64,000 nucleotides of DNA, from the NCBI GenBank assembly GCA_035632415.1, contig DASQGW010000187.1, forward strand, positions 246 to 64,245, read 5' to 3'. The position numbers and the translations under genes are program-made. Positions 7,895 to 17,911 of the stretch are shown piece after piece. Below the pieces are notes generated by a model that saw only the letters and a program-made list of their open reading frames with translations, ran no database searches and had not been told where the DNA came from. Source of the DNA: Burkholderiales bacterium. Its GTDB lineage: Bacteria; Pseudomonadota; Gammaproteobacteria; Burkholderiales; SG8-39. The stretch's first letter is position 1, and each line of letters opens with the position of its first letter.

Positions 7895-9424
7895 ATGGTG
7901 GCGTGCCCGCATGCGCTCGCCTCCAAGGCGGGCGTCGATGCGCTGCGCGCGGGCGGCTCGGCGATCGACGCGGCGCTCACCGCTGCAGCCGCGCTCGGCG
8001 TCATCTATCCGCACATGTGCGGCATCGGCGGCGATGCCTTCTGGCTGATTTACGACGCCCGGGCGCGCAAGGTCGTCCATCTCGACGGCGGCGGCCGCGC
8101 GGCCGCCTCGGCGGCTCTCGATCGCTTCACCGGGCAAGAGATCCCCTTCCGGGGCCTGGTTCCGGCGACATTGACGACACCCGGCGCCGTGGCGGCGTTT
8201 TGCGAAGCGCACGCACGCTATGGGAAGCTCCCGCTCGCGCAGTGCCTCGAGCCGGCGATCGGCTATGCGCGCGAGGGCTATCCGGTGAGCGATCGCCTGA
8301 AGCGCTGGATCGCAGAGGCGGCCGATGACCTGAAACGTGATCCGGCGTCGGCGGCGCTCTTCCTCGGCGGCGGTTCCCGATTCGCCAACCCCAACCTGGC
8401 GCGAACGCTGGAAGCGATCGCGTCCAATGGGCGCACGGGGTTCTATGAAGGCGAAGTGGCGTCGGCGCTAGCCAAGCTGGGCGGGTTTTTTACGGCGAGT
8501 GACCTCAAGGTGCAGACCGCGCGCTGGGGCGAGCCGATCAAGGGCACGTACAAGGGCGTCACCCTCTACGAGACGCCGCCGCCCACGCAGGGCTTCACGG
8601 TACTCGAGATGCTGAACCTGATCGAGCCGCTGGAGCTCGGCCCCTACCAGGGCGCTGATCACGCGCACCTCCTGGTGCAAGCCAAGCAGATCGCGTATCA
8701 CGATCGCGATGGCCTGCTCGCTGATCCGCGCTTCGCGGATGTGCCGATCGGCAAGCTGGTCTCCAAGGAATACGCGGCCCATCGGCGCAAGCTCGTCGAC
8801 CGCAAGCACGCGCTGCCGTGGGACAGGGTCCCTTCGTACGGCAGCCTCACCGGTGACACGGTGTATGTGGCCGCCGTCGATGGCGATGGCAATGCCGCCT
8901 CCCTGATCTTCAGCCTGTATGGCGTGTTCGGCGCGTGCGTCACTTCCGCCGAGACCGGCGTGGTGCTGCAGAACCGCAGCGCCTACTTTTCGCTGGATCC
9001 GGCGCATCCCAATCACCTGCAACCGGGGAAGACGCCGTTGCACACGTTGATCGCATCCATGGCGTTCAAGGACGAAAGGCTATGGGCAGTGCTCGGCTGC
9101 ATGGGTGCCGACGGGCAGCCGCAGATTCACCTGCAAGCCTACGTGGCGATGATCGACTACGGCCGCGACATCCAGGAGGCGGTCGGCGGCCCGCGCTGGC
9201 TCTCGGGACGCTTCGCGCTTGGCGAGGCGCGCGACACGCTGCACATCGAGGCGCGCTTTCCTCGCGCGACGATCGAGGAGCTCGAGCGCCGCGGCCACCT
9301 CGTCGATCGGTGGGGCGACTACAGCGAGCTGGCCGGCCACGCGCACGGCATCACCATCGCCGACGACGGCACGCTCGCCGGCGGCTATGATCCCCGCAGT
9401 GACGGCGCTGCTCTACCTGGCTGA
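7895..9424 (+). CDS. ggt: gamma-glutamyltransferase family protein
   Basis: Real part of track ORF 6809..9424 from MVACPHALASKAGVDALRAGGSAIDAA. Other motifs: MCGIGGDAF, autoprocessing Thr region GDTVYVAAVD, and PLHTL. Confidence 0.85.
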   Translation: MVACPHALASKAGVDALRAGGSAIDAALTAAAALGVIYPHMCGIGGDAFWLIYDARARKVVHLDGGGRAAASAALDRFTGQEIPFRGLVPATLTTPGAVAAFCEAHARYGKLPLAQCLEPAIGYAREGYPVSDRLKRWIAEAADDLKRDPASAALFLGGGSRFANPNLARTLEAIASNGRTGFYEGEVASALAKLGGFFTASDLKVQTARWGEPIKGTYKGVTLYETPPPTQGFTVLEMLNLIEPLELGPYQGADHAHLLVQAKQIAYHDRDGLLADPRFADVPIGKLVSKEYAAHRRKLVDRKHALPWDRVPSYGSLTGDTVYVAAVDGDGNAASLIFSLYGVFGACVTSAETGVVLQNRSAYFSLDPAHPNHLQPGKTPLHTLIASMAFKDERLWAVLGCMGADGQPQIHLQAYVAMIDYGRDIQEAVGGPRWLSGRFALGEARDTLHIEARFPRATIEELERRGHLVDRWGDYSELAGHAHGITIADDGTLAGGYDPRSDGAALPG

Positions 9425-9545
9425 GCGCAAGATCGAGGAAGCGATCGAGCGCGGCGAGTTCGACGACCCGAAGAGCTGCGCATGGCCTATCGCATCCTCA
9501 AGAACGCCGGCATCAGCGGCGCAGATGCCGTGGACGAAGGCGCGG
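9387..9545 (+). pseudogene. decayed DUF1992 (DnaJC28-like) gene remnant
   Basis: Frame 0 reads MIPAVTALLYLAERKIEEAIERGEFDDP. The family continuation EELRMAYRILKNAG follows directly, but in a different frame (from 9470). The LPGxGKPL segment is missing, and the rest is overrun by the convergent gene. Confidence 0.45.
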
Positions 9546-9546
9546 A

Positions 9547-10011
9547 CTACTGCTTGGCGGTCTTCGCCTCGTGCGCGGCGATGGCGGCCTTGAGCTCGTT
9601 GTACTCGCTGCAGCCGAAGAAACAGAGCTTGTCCAGCGCCGAGAGCTCGTCCTTTGCCTTGGCGACGTTGCCCACCATCAGGTAGGCCTCGCCGAGGTAC
9701 TCGTGCGCGCCCTTGTGGCGCGGATCGAGCCGCAACGCCTCGTTGTACTGCTTGAACACGATGTCCATGTCGGCCGTGCCGCCCTTGCGCAGCGAATAGG
9801 CGTAGAGGCTGTGGTAATCCGCATTGCTCGGGTCCTTGGCAATCGCGGCCTGCATGGTGGCGGCCGCGCCCTTCCAGTCCTGCCGGTCCACGGCAGCGTG
9901 GTACTGGTCCATCATGGGATCGGCGCGGGTGGACGAGCTCGGTGTGTCGGCGGCGAGCGCCGGGTTGATCGAAACGGCAAGCGCGAGGATGGTCAGTACG
10001 GCTTTCAGCAT
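9547..10011 (-). CDS. secreted TPR-like protein
   Basis: Start at MLKAVLTILALAVSINPALA (signal peptide; GGGAGAG upstream). TPR-like ADYHSLYAYSLRK...NEALRLDP...AHEYLGEAYLMVGN. Confidence 0.6.
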   Translation of the reverse strand: MLKAVLTILALAVSINPALAADTPSSSTRADPMMDQYHAAVDRQDWKGAAATMQAAIAKDPSNADYHSLYAYSLRKGGTADMDIVFKQYNEALRLDPRHKGAHEYLGEAYLMVGNVAKAKDELSALDKLCFFGCSEYNELKAAIAAHEAKTAKQ

Positions 10012-10090
10012 GGGGCTCTCCCTGGGTTCGATGGTGCTAACACGCATCGTAGCGGCCGCATTCCCGTAACCTGCTACCTCTGAGAATCCT

Positions 10091-13000
10091 TTAGCTTCGG
10101 ACGTCCTGGGCAGCGGTGTCCGCATCGGCCGGACGGCCGATCAGGTAGCCCTGCACGTAGTCGCAGCCGCAGCGCTTGAGGTAGTCGCGCTGCTTCTCGT
10201 CCTCGACGCCTTCGGCAATCACCTCGATGTTGAGCGCATGGGCGAGCGCGACGATGGCGGAGACGATCGCGCCGTGCTCGCGGTCGCCGGGGATCTCGGC
10301 GACGAAGGTGCGGTCGATCTTCACCTTGTCGACCGGGAAGCGCTTGAGATAGGCGAGGCTCGAGTAGCCCGTGCCGAAGTCGTCGATCGCGATCGAGACG
10401 CCGAGCTTCTTCAGCCGTTTGAGCGTGGTGAGCGTGATGTCGGTATGGCTCATCGCGAGCGACTCGGTGATCTCCAGCTCGAGAAGCTTGGGCGGGAGGC
10501 CGGATTGCTTCAGCGCCTGCGCCACCATCTGCGCGAGCTTGGGATCGTTGAACTGCCGCGGCGAGAGATTCACGGCAATCTGCAGCTCGCGGCCAAGGCT
10601 ATGCGCCCAGCGGCACGCCTCGCGCAGCACCCATTCGCCGATCTTGAGGATGAGGCCCGACTCCTCCGCGATCTGGATGAATTCGCCCGGCGGCACCAGG
10701 CCGCGCTCGGGATGCTGCCAGCGCACGAGCGCTTCGTGCCCGGTCAGCCTTCCGGTGTCGGCATCGACGATGCGCTGGTAATGCAGGCGCAGCTCGTCGC
10801 GGCCGAGCGCCCGGCGCAGATCCGCCTCGAGCGCGAGCCGGCGCGAGGCGGCCTGGTTCATCTGCTCGGTGAAGAACTGGTAGTTGGCGCGGCCGAGCTC
10901 TTTCGCGTGATACATCGCGGCGTCGGCGTTGCGGATGAGCGTTTCGGCGTCGCTGCCGTCCTCGGGAAAGACGGCGATGCCGATCGAGCAGCTCACGGCA
11001 AGCTCGCGCTCCTCCACCATCGCGGGCTGCGAAACCTGCTCGATCACCTTCTGCGCGACCTGCGCGACGTCCGATGATCGCTTCACTTCCGGCAGCACCA
11101 CGACGAACTCGTCGCCGCCGATGCGGCAGATCGTGTCGCCGACCCGCAGCTGGTTCACGAGGCGCTGCGACACCTCCTTCAGGAGCACGTCGCCGACGGC
11201 ATGTCCGAGCGAGTCGTTGATCGGCTTGAACCGATCGAGGTCGATGAACATCACCGCGGTCTGCTTTCGGTTGCGGTGGCTGAGCGCGAGCGCCTGCGTC
11301 AGGCGGTCTTCAAGGATGCGCCGGTTGGGCAGCCCGGTGAGCGCGTCGTGGTCGGCGAGGTGCTGGGCGCGGGCTTTCGCCTGCTCGAGCTCGGCGGTGC
11401 GCTCGGCCACCGCCTTTTCGAGCGAGGCCCGTGCGGCGTGCTCGACGCTGACGTCGTCATAGATCCAGATCGAGCCCTCGCCCGGGTGGGCCGGATCGAT
11501 CGCCTTCCCGACGATCTTGCACCAGAAGACGGCGCCGTCCTTGCGGCGGTACTCGCGCTCGGAAGAGACCGCGCGGCCGTCGCGCATCTCGTCGTACCAG
11601 GCGGCGTCGCGGTCGTATTCCGCCTGCGTGGAATAGATGGCGCGCGTGCCCTGGCCGATCAGCTCGCCGGGCCCATAGCCGAACATCTGCTCGAAGCGCG
11701 GATTGCAGCGCTGGAAGGCGCGGTTGCGCACGAAGGCGATGCCCACGGTGGCGTTGTCGAGGATCAGCTCCTGCTCGGCGAGCGCGCGCTGCACGCGCAG
11801 GTCGGCCACGCGCTCCGCGGTGACGTCTTCGAAGCTCCAGATCCATTCCTGGATCTCGTCGCCGACGTCGATGCGCCTGCCCCGCGTGCGGCAGCGGAAG
11901 GTGGAGCCGTCGCGACGCTTGAAGCGCCACTCGGCATCATGGGTCGCGCCCGGCGGCGTGGTCAGGAACGCGAGCGAGCCGGCGCGCTGCCAGTCGTCCG
12001 CGTCGGCGAAAAGCTCGGACGAGCTCTGGCCCACGAGCTCGCCGGGCCCCGTGCCGACCATCTCCTCGAGATAGCGGTTGCAGCGCTGGATGATGCGGTT
12101 CCTGACGAAGGCGATGCCCACGGTCGCGTTATCCAGGATGAGCTCCTGCTCGGCGAGCGCGCGCTCAATGCGCTCCTCGGCTTCACGCTCCTGCGTGATG
12201 TCTTCCCAGAGCCATACCGAGCCTTGCGACGGATCGCCCGGCTGCACCGCGCGTCCCGAGATCGAGCACCAGATGCGCGTGCCATCCTTGCGCACGTGCG
12301 AGCGCTCCAGGTGCTGCGTCTCGCCCCGCCAGATGGCCTCGTACACCGCGTCGCCGCCGGCTTCGAACGCCTCGTCGCTCTCGAACATGAAGCGCGTCGA
12401 GCGGCCGATGAGCTCATCCTGGCCGTAGCCGAAAATTTCCTCGAAGCGCCGGTTGCAGCGCAGGATCTTGCGCTCCTTCGAGAAGATGATCCCGATCAGC
12501 GCGTTTTGCAGGACGGCGTCCTGCTCGCGCACCAAGCGCTCGAGCGCCTCTTCGGCGCGCTTTCTCTCGGTGATGTCCTCGAGGAGCCAGACATAGCCCT
12601 TGGCCCGCTCGCCGGGATGCACGGCACGGCCGGTTACGCGGCACCAGAAGCCCGAGCCGTCCTGCCGGCGCAGCCACGCCTCGCGCGAGTGGGTGTGGCC
12701 TGCGTCGATCTCGGCGTAAGTCTCTCCGATACGCGCGTGCTCCTCCTCGGTGAAGTAGAGATCGCGGGTCGGCGAGCCGACGGCGGTGCCGGGCGCATAG
12801 CCGAACATCTCCTCGTAGCGCCGGTTGCAGCGCACGGTCTTGCGATCGCGCGTGAAATGGATGCCGACGACGACGGTATTGAGCAGCGCCTGCTGCTCGG
12901 CCAGCACCCGCTGCAGCTCCTCCGCCGCTTTCCTCTCCTCGGTGATGTCCTCCACGATCCACACCGATCCCTTGTGCGGGTCCTGCGGATCGACTGCGCG

Positions 13001-13762
13001 GCCGTCGGCGCGGTTCCAGAACGTGCTGCCGTCCTTGCGGCGGCGCAGCTCGATGCGCCGCGAGGTCTCGCCGCGGGCGAGCGTTTCGTAGACGCTGCCT
13101 CCGTGCTCGTAGGCCGCAGCGCCCGGGTACAGGATGGTGGTGGACTGACCGTCCATCTCGCCGGGGCCGAAGCCGTACATCTCTTCGTAGCGGCGGTTGC
13201 AGCGCACGATGCGCCGGTCGCGCACGAACACGATGCCGATCGACGCCGTGCCGAGGATCGCTTCCTGCTCGCGCGCGAGGCGCGCGACCTCGTCCGCCTG
13301 GCGCCGCCGCTCGGTGATGTCCTCCACGATCCAGACCGTGCCCTGTTGCGTGTTCTGCGGATCGATCGCCTTGGCGATGAGGCGGCAGAGGAAGCCCGAG
13401 CCGTCCTTCCTGCGCATCTCCCACTCGAGGTCGAGCTGGCGCCCGGCGGTGAGAATGGGCACTGCGATCTGTCCCAGTGCGGCGTAGCTTTCGGGACTGC
13501 GATAGACGATTTCGCCCGGTCTTCCGATCAGCTCATCGCGGCCGTAGCCGAACATCTCGGCGAACCTGGGGTTGCAGAGGAAGAAGCGCCGGTCGCGCGT
13601 GAAGGCGATGCCGATTGAAAGGTTGGCGAGCAGCGCCTCGTACTCGAGCTGCGTATAGCGGGTACGCCCGGAGTAGCTCGCCGGTTCATCGGCACGCCCT
13701 TCAGCGGGTCGCAGCGCGGCCTCCGCGGACTCGAGCCTCGGGCGCGGAGCGGGCTCGTTCAT
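10091..13762 (-). CDS. 6xPAS-GGDEF-EAL c-di-GMP turnover protein (1223 aa)
   Basis: Six repeats end in W(I/L)xEDIT(E/Q)(R/E), typical of PAS. Then HDALTGLPNR, RIGGDEF, EAL motifs EALVRW and ELEITES, and DDFGTGYSSL. Confidence 0.9.
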   Translation of the reverse strand: MNEPAPRPRLESAEAALRPAEGRADEPASYSGRTRYTQLEYEALLANLSIGIAFTRDRRFFLCNPRFAEMFGYGRDELIGRPGEIVYRSPESYAALGQIAVPILTAGRQLDLEWEMRRKDGSGFLCRLIAKAIDPQNTQQGTVWIVEDITERRRQADEVARLAREQEAILGTASIGIVFVRDRRIVRCNRRYEEMYGFGPGEMDGQSTTILYPGAAAYEHGGSVYETLARGETSRRIELRRRKDGSTFWNRADGRAVDPQDPHKGSVWIVEDITEERKAAEELQRVLAEQQALLNTVVVGIHFTRDRKTVRCNRRYEEMFGYAPGTAVGSPTRDLYFTEEEHARIGETYAEIDAGHTHSREAWLRRQDGSGFWCRVTGRAVHPGERAKGYVWLLEDITERKRAEEALERLVREQDAVLQNALIGIIFSKERKILRCNRRFEEIFGYGQDELIGRSTRFMFESDEAFEAGGDAVYEAIWRGETQHLERSHVRKDGTRIWCSISGRAVQPGDPSQGSVWLWEDITQEREAEERIERALAEQELILDNATVGIAFVRNRIIQRCNRYLEEMVGTGPGELVGQSSSELFADADDWQRAGSLAFLTTPPGATHDAEWRFKRRDGSTFRCRTRGRRIDVGDEIQEWIWSFEDVTAERVADLRVQRALAEQELILDNATVGIAFVRNRAFQRCNPRFEQMFGYGPGELIGQGTRAIYSTQAEYDRDAAWYDEMRDGRAVSSEREYRRKDGAVFWCKIVGKAIDPAHPGEGSIWIYDDVSVEHAARASLEKAVAERTAELEQAKARAQHLADHDALTGLPNRRILEDRLTQALALSHRNRKQTAVMFIDLDRFKPINDSLGHAVGDVLLKEVSQRLVNQLRVGDTICRIGGDEFVVVLPEVKRSSDVAQVAQKVIEQVSQPAMVEERELAVSCSIGIAVFPEDGSDAETLIRNADAAMYHAKELGRANYQFFTEQMNQAASRRLALEADLRRALGRDELRLHYQRIVDADTGRLTGHEALVRWQHPERGLVPPGEFIQIAEESGLILKIGEWVLREACRWAHSLGRELQIAVNLSPRQFNDPKLAQMVAQALKQSGLPPKLLELEITESLAMSHTDITLTTLKRLKKLGVSIAIDDFGTGYSSLAYLKRFPVDKVKIDRTFVAEIPGDREHGAIVSAIVALAHALNIEVIAEGVEDEKQRDYLKRCGCDYVQGYLIGRPADADTAAQDVRS

Positions 13763-14589
13763 GGGTGCGCGCGGGAAAGCGTGCGGAAGTCGTCCGCGTA
13801 GCGCCGCAGCTCGGCCATCGCCTTGGCGCGCTGCTGCACGGTGAGGCTGCGGTCGATGTCGAGGGCCATCGCGAAGTATTCCTTGCGCGACGCCTCGAAC
13901 GCGGCAACGTAGGCGGGGTCGCGCCCGCGCTGCCAGTTGACCGCCAGGTCGGGCAGGCGCTTCCTGGCCCCGTGCGCGCGCAGCATGGCGAGGAAGTCGG
14001 CCTGGATGCGCTTATGGTCGCGATCGCGGAAATCGTCCAGCAGCGGCGCGCGCTCGGAGTATTGCGCCACGCGATCGAGCTGCGCCTTCGTCAGCCTTCC
14101 CACCCAGTCCTCCAGCCGCTCCACGTTGCGCTCGGTGCGGCGCTTGCGGCGTTCCCGCTCGTCGCCCCGGAGGTTGTCCCGCGCGAAACGGCGGTTGTCG
14201 TCGGCAAACCGCCGCTCGAGGTTCGCGATCTGCTGCGGGCTCAGGCGATCGAGCAGCGGAGCCCCTTGCACCGCTGCCATGCGCAGGCTTTCTCGCGCCT
14301 GCGTCATGACGGCATCGTACCCCCAATCCAGGTCTGCGGGCGTGAGGTGCCGCTCGAAGCGGCGCGACGCTTCGTCGAGCAGCTGCGCATATTTCGGCAG
14401 CGCTTGTGCGCGGTGCCAGGCCATGAATGCTGCAATGCGCTCATCCAGCTCATCGGCCATCTCGCCGTCGAGGTCCAGGTAAATCGCAGCGCGCCAGCGC
14501 AGGTAGGTGTCGGCGTTGTCGTAGACGAGCCGCACCGTGCTGCAGCCCGTGAGAAACAGCACGAGCAAGAAAGTGCAAACGCGCTTCAC
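13759..14589 (-). CDS. lipoprotein (DUF6279-like)
   Basis: GTG 14589 start gives VKRVCTFLLVLFLTGCS (lipobox LTGC). GTGA overlap with the fpr stop, and ATGA overlap with the downstream PAS-GGDEF-EAL start. Confidence 0.6.
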   Translation of the reverse strand: MKRVCTFLLVLFLTGCSTVRLVYDNADTYLRWRAAIYLDLDGEMADELDERIAAFMAWHRAQALPKYAQLLDEASRRFERHLTPADLDWGYDAVMTQARESLRMAAVQGAPLLDRLSPQQIANLERRFADDNRRFARDNLRGDERERRKRRTERNVERLEDWVGRLTKAQLDRVAQYSERAPLLDDFRDRDHKRIQADFLAMLRAHGARKRLPDLAVNWQRGRDPAYVAAFEASRKEYFAMALDIDRSLTVQQRAKAMAELRRYADDFRTLSRAHP

Positions 14590-15314
14590 CAGAAGCTCTC
14601 GACCGTGATATGGCCAGGCGCGCGCCGCCGGTGCTTGCGCAGGCCGCGGTTCGCGAGCACCGCTGCGACGTCCTTGAGCATCTGCGGATTCCCGCACAGC
14701 ATCACGTGCGAGGTATCCGGCTCGAGCGCGATGCCCGCCGCCTTCTCCAGGCTTCCGTCTGCAATCGCGGCGGGGATGCGTCCCGCAAGCGAGCCCGGCG
14801 CCGACTCTCTGCTCACCAACGAGACATAGCGCGCGGCCGTCTTCCGGATGACGTCGCGATAGGTGAGCTCCTTCGCAAAGCGCACCGCGTGCACCACCAC
14901 CACGTTCCTGAACCGCTGCCACGGCGCCTCGGTCCGCAAGATCGAAAGGAAGGGCGCGAGGCCCGTTCCGGTCGAGATGAGCCAAAGCGTCTCGACATCC
15001 GGCACCTCCGACATCACGAGGAACCCCGCCGGATTGCCCGCCACATATAACGCGTCGCCTGCGCGCAGCTTTGCGAGGCGCGGCGACAGCGGCCCTTTGG
15101 GCACGATCACGCCGTAGAACTCGAGCACCGGGTCCTGCGGCGGATTGACGAACGAAAAGGCCCGCGCGACGCGCTCGCCATCGATATCCAGCGCGATGCG
15201 CACGAACTGGCCGGCCTGGAACGCAACCGCTGCACTCTGGACGCGGAGGGAGAAGAGCGTCTCGGTCCAGTGCCGATTCTCAATGACCTTCGCCGTGAGC
15301 CATTTCTCGCTCAT
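14586..15314 (-). CDS. fpr: ferredoxin-NADP+ reductase
   Basis: Motifs: RAFSFVN (FAD RxYS-like), LWLISTGTGLAPF (NADP), MLCGNPQM, and C-terminal ESFW. Confidence 0.85.
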   Translation of the reverse strand: MSEKWLTAKVIENRHWTETLFSLRVQSAAVAFQAGQFVRIALDIDGERVARAFSFVNPPQDPVLEFYGVIVPKGPLSPRLAKLRAGDALYVAGNPAGFLVMSEVPDVETLWLISTGTGLAPFLSILRTEAPWQRFRNVVVVHAVRFAKELTYRDVIRKTAARYVSLVSRESAPGSLAGRIPAAIADGSLEKAAGIALEPDTSHVMLCGNPQMLKDVAAVLANRGLRKHRRRAPGHITVESFW

Positions 15315-15619
15315 TGCATCCTGTAGGGCTCGAGATGCATGTCGGCCACGTCGCCGCCGAGCATGACGATCGCCCCATGGCGGCGGTTGTTTCCGGTGTC
15401 GGAAAATTCGAAGGTGTAGGTGCGCGAGATCTTGAGCTGCCCTTCCTCGTCGCGCGCAAGGCGCATGCGCGCGAAGGATACGGTGTCGTCGAGAAACTGG
15501 AGCTGGTAGCGCTCGCAGGCCGAGCGGCCCGCTCTCACCGCGCGCTCGCGCGCCTTCAGGCTATCGGCCCAGAGCAATGCACCGCCGACGATCAATACGA
15601 GGGCCAGACCTTCCCACAT
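15311..15619 (-). CDS. DUF3301-like small membrane-anchored protein
   Basis: N-terminal TM MWEGLALVLIVGGALLWA, then RERA...C.RY.LQFLDDTV. ATGA overlap with fpr. Confidence 0.6.
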   Translation of the reverse strand: MWEGLALVLIVGGALLWADSLKARERAVRAGRSACERYQLQFLDDTVSFARMRLARDEEGQLKISRTYTFEFSDTGNNRRHGAIVMLGGDVADMHLEPYRMQ

Positions 15620-15626
15620 CGCCCGA

Positions 15627-17168
15627 TTATGACTTGATGAGATCCGCGGCTTTCTCGGCGACCGCGATGACGGCGGCGTTGATATTCCCCGAAGGTACTG
15701 CGGGCATTACCGACGCATCGACGACGCGCAGGCGATCGATGCCGAGCACTTTGAGCTTGGCGTCCACGACGCGGCCCATGCTGCACGTCGAGGTCGGATG
15801 GAACACGGTCTCGCCGTAGTCGCGCACGAAGCCGAGCCAGTCGTCGTCGGTCTGCACCTTCGGGCCGGGCAGCTCCTCGCCGGCGACGTAACCGGAGAGC
15901 GGCTTCGCGTTGACGATGCGGCGCGCCATCTTCAGGCCATCGATCATCACGCGGCGGTCGTTCTCGGTGGCGAGATAGTTGTAGCGGATCGCCGGCGCCT
16001 CGCGCGGATCGGCCGAGCGGATCGAGACCGAGCCGCGCGACTGGACCTGGAGCTGCGACACCGAGCAGGTGAACGCCGAAAAGGGATGCAGCACGCCGCC
16101 CCGCCTCTCGCTTGCGAAATTGATGAAGTAGATCTGCGCGTCGGGCCGTTTGAGCTCCGGGCGCGTGCGCACGAAGGCAGCGGCGTAGCCGGCCGCGATG
16201 GTGAGCGGCCCTCGGCGGCCGAGCAGGTATTGCAGGCCGATGCGCGCCTGGCCGAACCAGGACGCCATATCGTCGTTCAGCGTGATCGGTTTCGTGCAGC
16301 GCCAGAAGGTGCGCGCATAGAAGTGGTCCTGCAGGCCTTCGCCCGCCGGCAGCTCGGCGATCACCGGGATGCCCTTCGACTGCAGGAGCGGCCCGGGCCC
16401 GATGCCCGAGAGCTGCAGGAGCTGCGGCGAATTGAATGCGCCGCCGGCAAGAATCACCTCGCCGGCGGACACCGTCCGATCGCCGACCCGCACGCCGGTC
16501 GCCCGGCGACCCTCCAGCACGATCTTAGTGACGAGCGCGTTGACCTCGACCTTGAGGTTCGGCCGTTTCTCCGCCTGCCTTAGATATCCGGTCGCGGTGC
16601 TGCAGCGCCGGCCGCGGCAGGTGCTCGCCTGGTAGTAGCCGGTGCCTTCCTGCCGCGCGCCGTTGAAGTCCGGATTACGCGGCAAACCGAGCGAGGCCGC
16701 CGAATCGATGAACGCGTCGCACAGCTCGTGACGCTCCAGGTCGCCCACCTCGAAGGGTCCGCCCACGCCATGCCACGGGTCCGCGCCGCGCGCCTGGTTC
16801 TCCGATTTGCGGAAGTACGGCAGGAGCGAGGCGAAATCCCAGCCGGGGATGCCCCAGCCGTCGTAGTCCTCCGGTTGTCCCCGGATGTAGACGAGGCCGT
16901 TGATCGACGAGGAGCCGCCCAGCACCCGGCCGCGCGGCGTGAAGATGCGCCGCCCGTTGAGCGTCGGCTCGGGTTCGGATTCATAGGCCCAGTTGATGTC
17001 GGTGCGCGCGAAAAGCTTGCCGTAGCCGAGCGGCACGTGGATCCAGACGTTGGTATCGCGCGGCCCCGCTTCGAGGAGCAGCACTCGCGTGCGCGGATCT
17101 TCGGTCAGCCGGTTGGCAAGCACGCAGCCGGCCGAGCCTGCACCCACGATGATGTAGTCGAAATTCAA
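15627..17168 (-). CDS. GMC-family FAD oxidoreductase (choline dehydrogenase-like)
   Basis: Motifs: FDYIIVGAGSAGCVLANRLTED, GGSSSINGLVY, HPTSTCSMG. The only sensible start is TTG 17168, forming TTGA with the SDR stop. The track ORF extension upstream is Arg-rich shadow. Confidence 0.85.
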   Translation of the reverse strand: MNFDYIIVGAGSAGCVLANRLTEDPRTRVLLLEAGPRDTNVWIHVPLGYGKLFARTDINWAYESEPEPTLNGRRIFTPRGRVLGGSSSINGLVYIRGQPEDYDGWGIPGWDFASLLPYFRKSENQARGADPWHGVGGPFEVGDLERHELCDAFIDSAASLGLPRNPDFNGARQEGTGYYQASTCRGRRCSTATGYLRQAEKRPNLKVEVNALVTKIVLEGRRATGVRVGDRTVSAGEVILAGGAFNSPQLLQLSGIGPGPLLQSKGIPVIAELPAGEGLQDHFYARTFWRCTKPITLNDDMASWFGQARIGLQYLLGRRGPLTIAAGYAAAFVRTRPELKRPDAQIYFINFASERRGGVLHPFSAFTCSVSQLQVQSRGSVSIRSADPREAPAIRYNYLATENDRRVMIDGLKMARRIVNAKPLSGYVAGEELPGPKVQTDDDWLGFVRDYGETVFHPTSTCSMGRVVDAKLKVLGIDRLRVVDASVMPAVPSGNINAAVIAVAEKAADLIKS

Positions 17169-17911
17169 CGGGGCGCGGCCACGTGCATCCCGCCGTCGAC
17201 GTAGATGACCTGGCCGGTCACGTTCCGCGCGCCCTCGATCAGCCAGACGATCGCGTCGGCCACATCCTCCGCCTGGGAAATCTGCCTGAGTGGAGCAATG
17301 GCCGAGTAGCGCTTCTCCACCTCGGCCGCGCGCTGCGGCCCGCGAACGGTGGGATGCCATGGAGTATTTGTATGGCCGGGTGCGACCGCGTTGACGCGGA
17401 TCTCCGGCGCGAGCGAGCGCGCAAGCGAGAGGGACATCGTCTCGAGCGCCGCCTTCGACGCCGCATAAGCGACCGATGAGCCGGTGCCGAGCACGGAAGC
17501 GACGGAAGAAACACTCACTATTGCGCCGCGGCTTGCCTTCAGCGCCTCACGGCAGGCGCGCACCATCTGGAAAGGGGCGATCACGTTCAGCGCGAAGATC
17601 CGCTGGAAGTCTTCCGCGCTCAATCCGTCGAGCTGGTCGTGGGGCACGAGCTTCGTCGTGCCGGCATTGTTGACGAGCGCGTCGATGGCGCCGAGCTTCT
17701 CCCGCACGCTGGTCGCTATGCGCCGGCAGTCTGCGTCCAGCGAGACGTCGCCCTGCACGGCAAATCCGTCGCCGCATTCCTTCGCCACGTTCTCCGCAGC
17801 GTCGGCGTTGTGCGCATAGTTGATGGCCACGCGCCAGCCGCGCTTTGAAAGCTCGCGGGCGGTGGCGGCGCCGATGCCCGATGAGCCGCCGGTGATGAGT
17901 GCGACTTTCAT
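17165..17911 (-). CDS. short-chain dehydrogenase/reductase
   Basis: Start MKVALITGGSSGIGAATA (TGxxxGxG). Other motifs: NNAG, YAASKAAL (YxxxK). ATGA overlap with the upstream gene. Confidence 0.85.
   Translation of the reverse strand: MKVALITGGSSGIGAATARELSKRGWRVAINYAHNADAAENVAKECGDGFAVQGDVSLDADCRRIATSVREKLGAIDALVNNAGTTKLVPHDQLDGLSAEDFQRIFALNVIAPFQMVRACREALKASRGAIVSVSSVASVLGTGSSVAYAASKAALETMSLSLARSLAPEIRVNAVAPGHTNTPWHPTVRGPQRAAEVEKRYSAIAPLRQISQAEDVADAIVWLIEGARNVTGQVIYVDGGMHVAAPR

Noticed and set aside
10012-10090. GGGTTCGAT string reminiscent of a tRNA T-loop in the spacer upstream of the TPR gene.
   Set aside because: Flanking bases do not form a T-stem (CTGGG versus GTGCT), and no acceptor or anticodon arms can be drawn. 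It is most likely just the 5' UTR.
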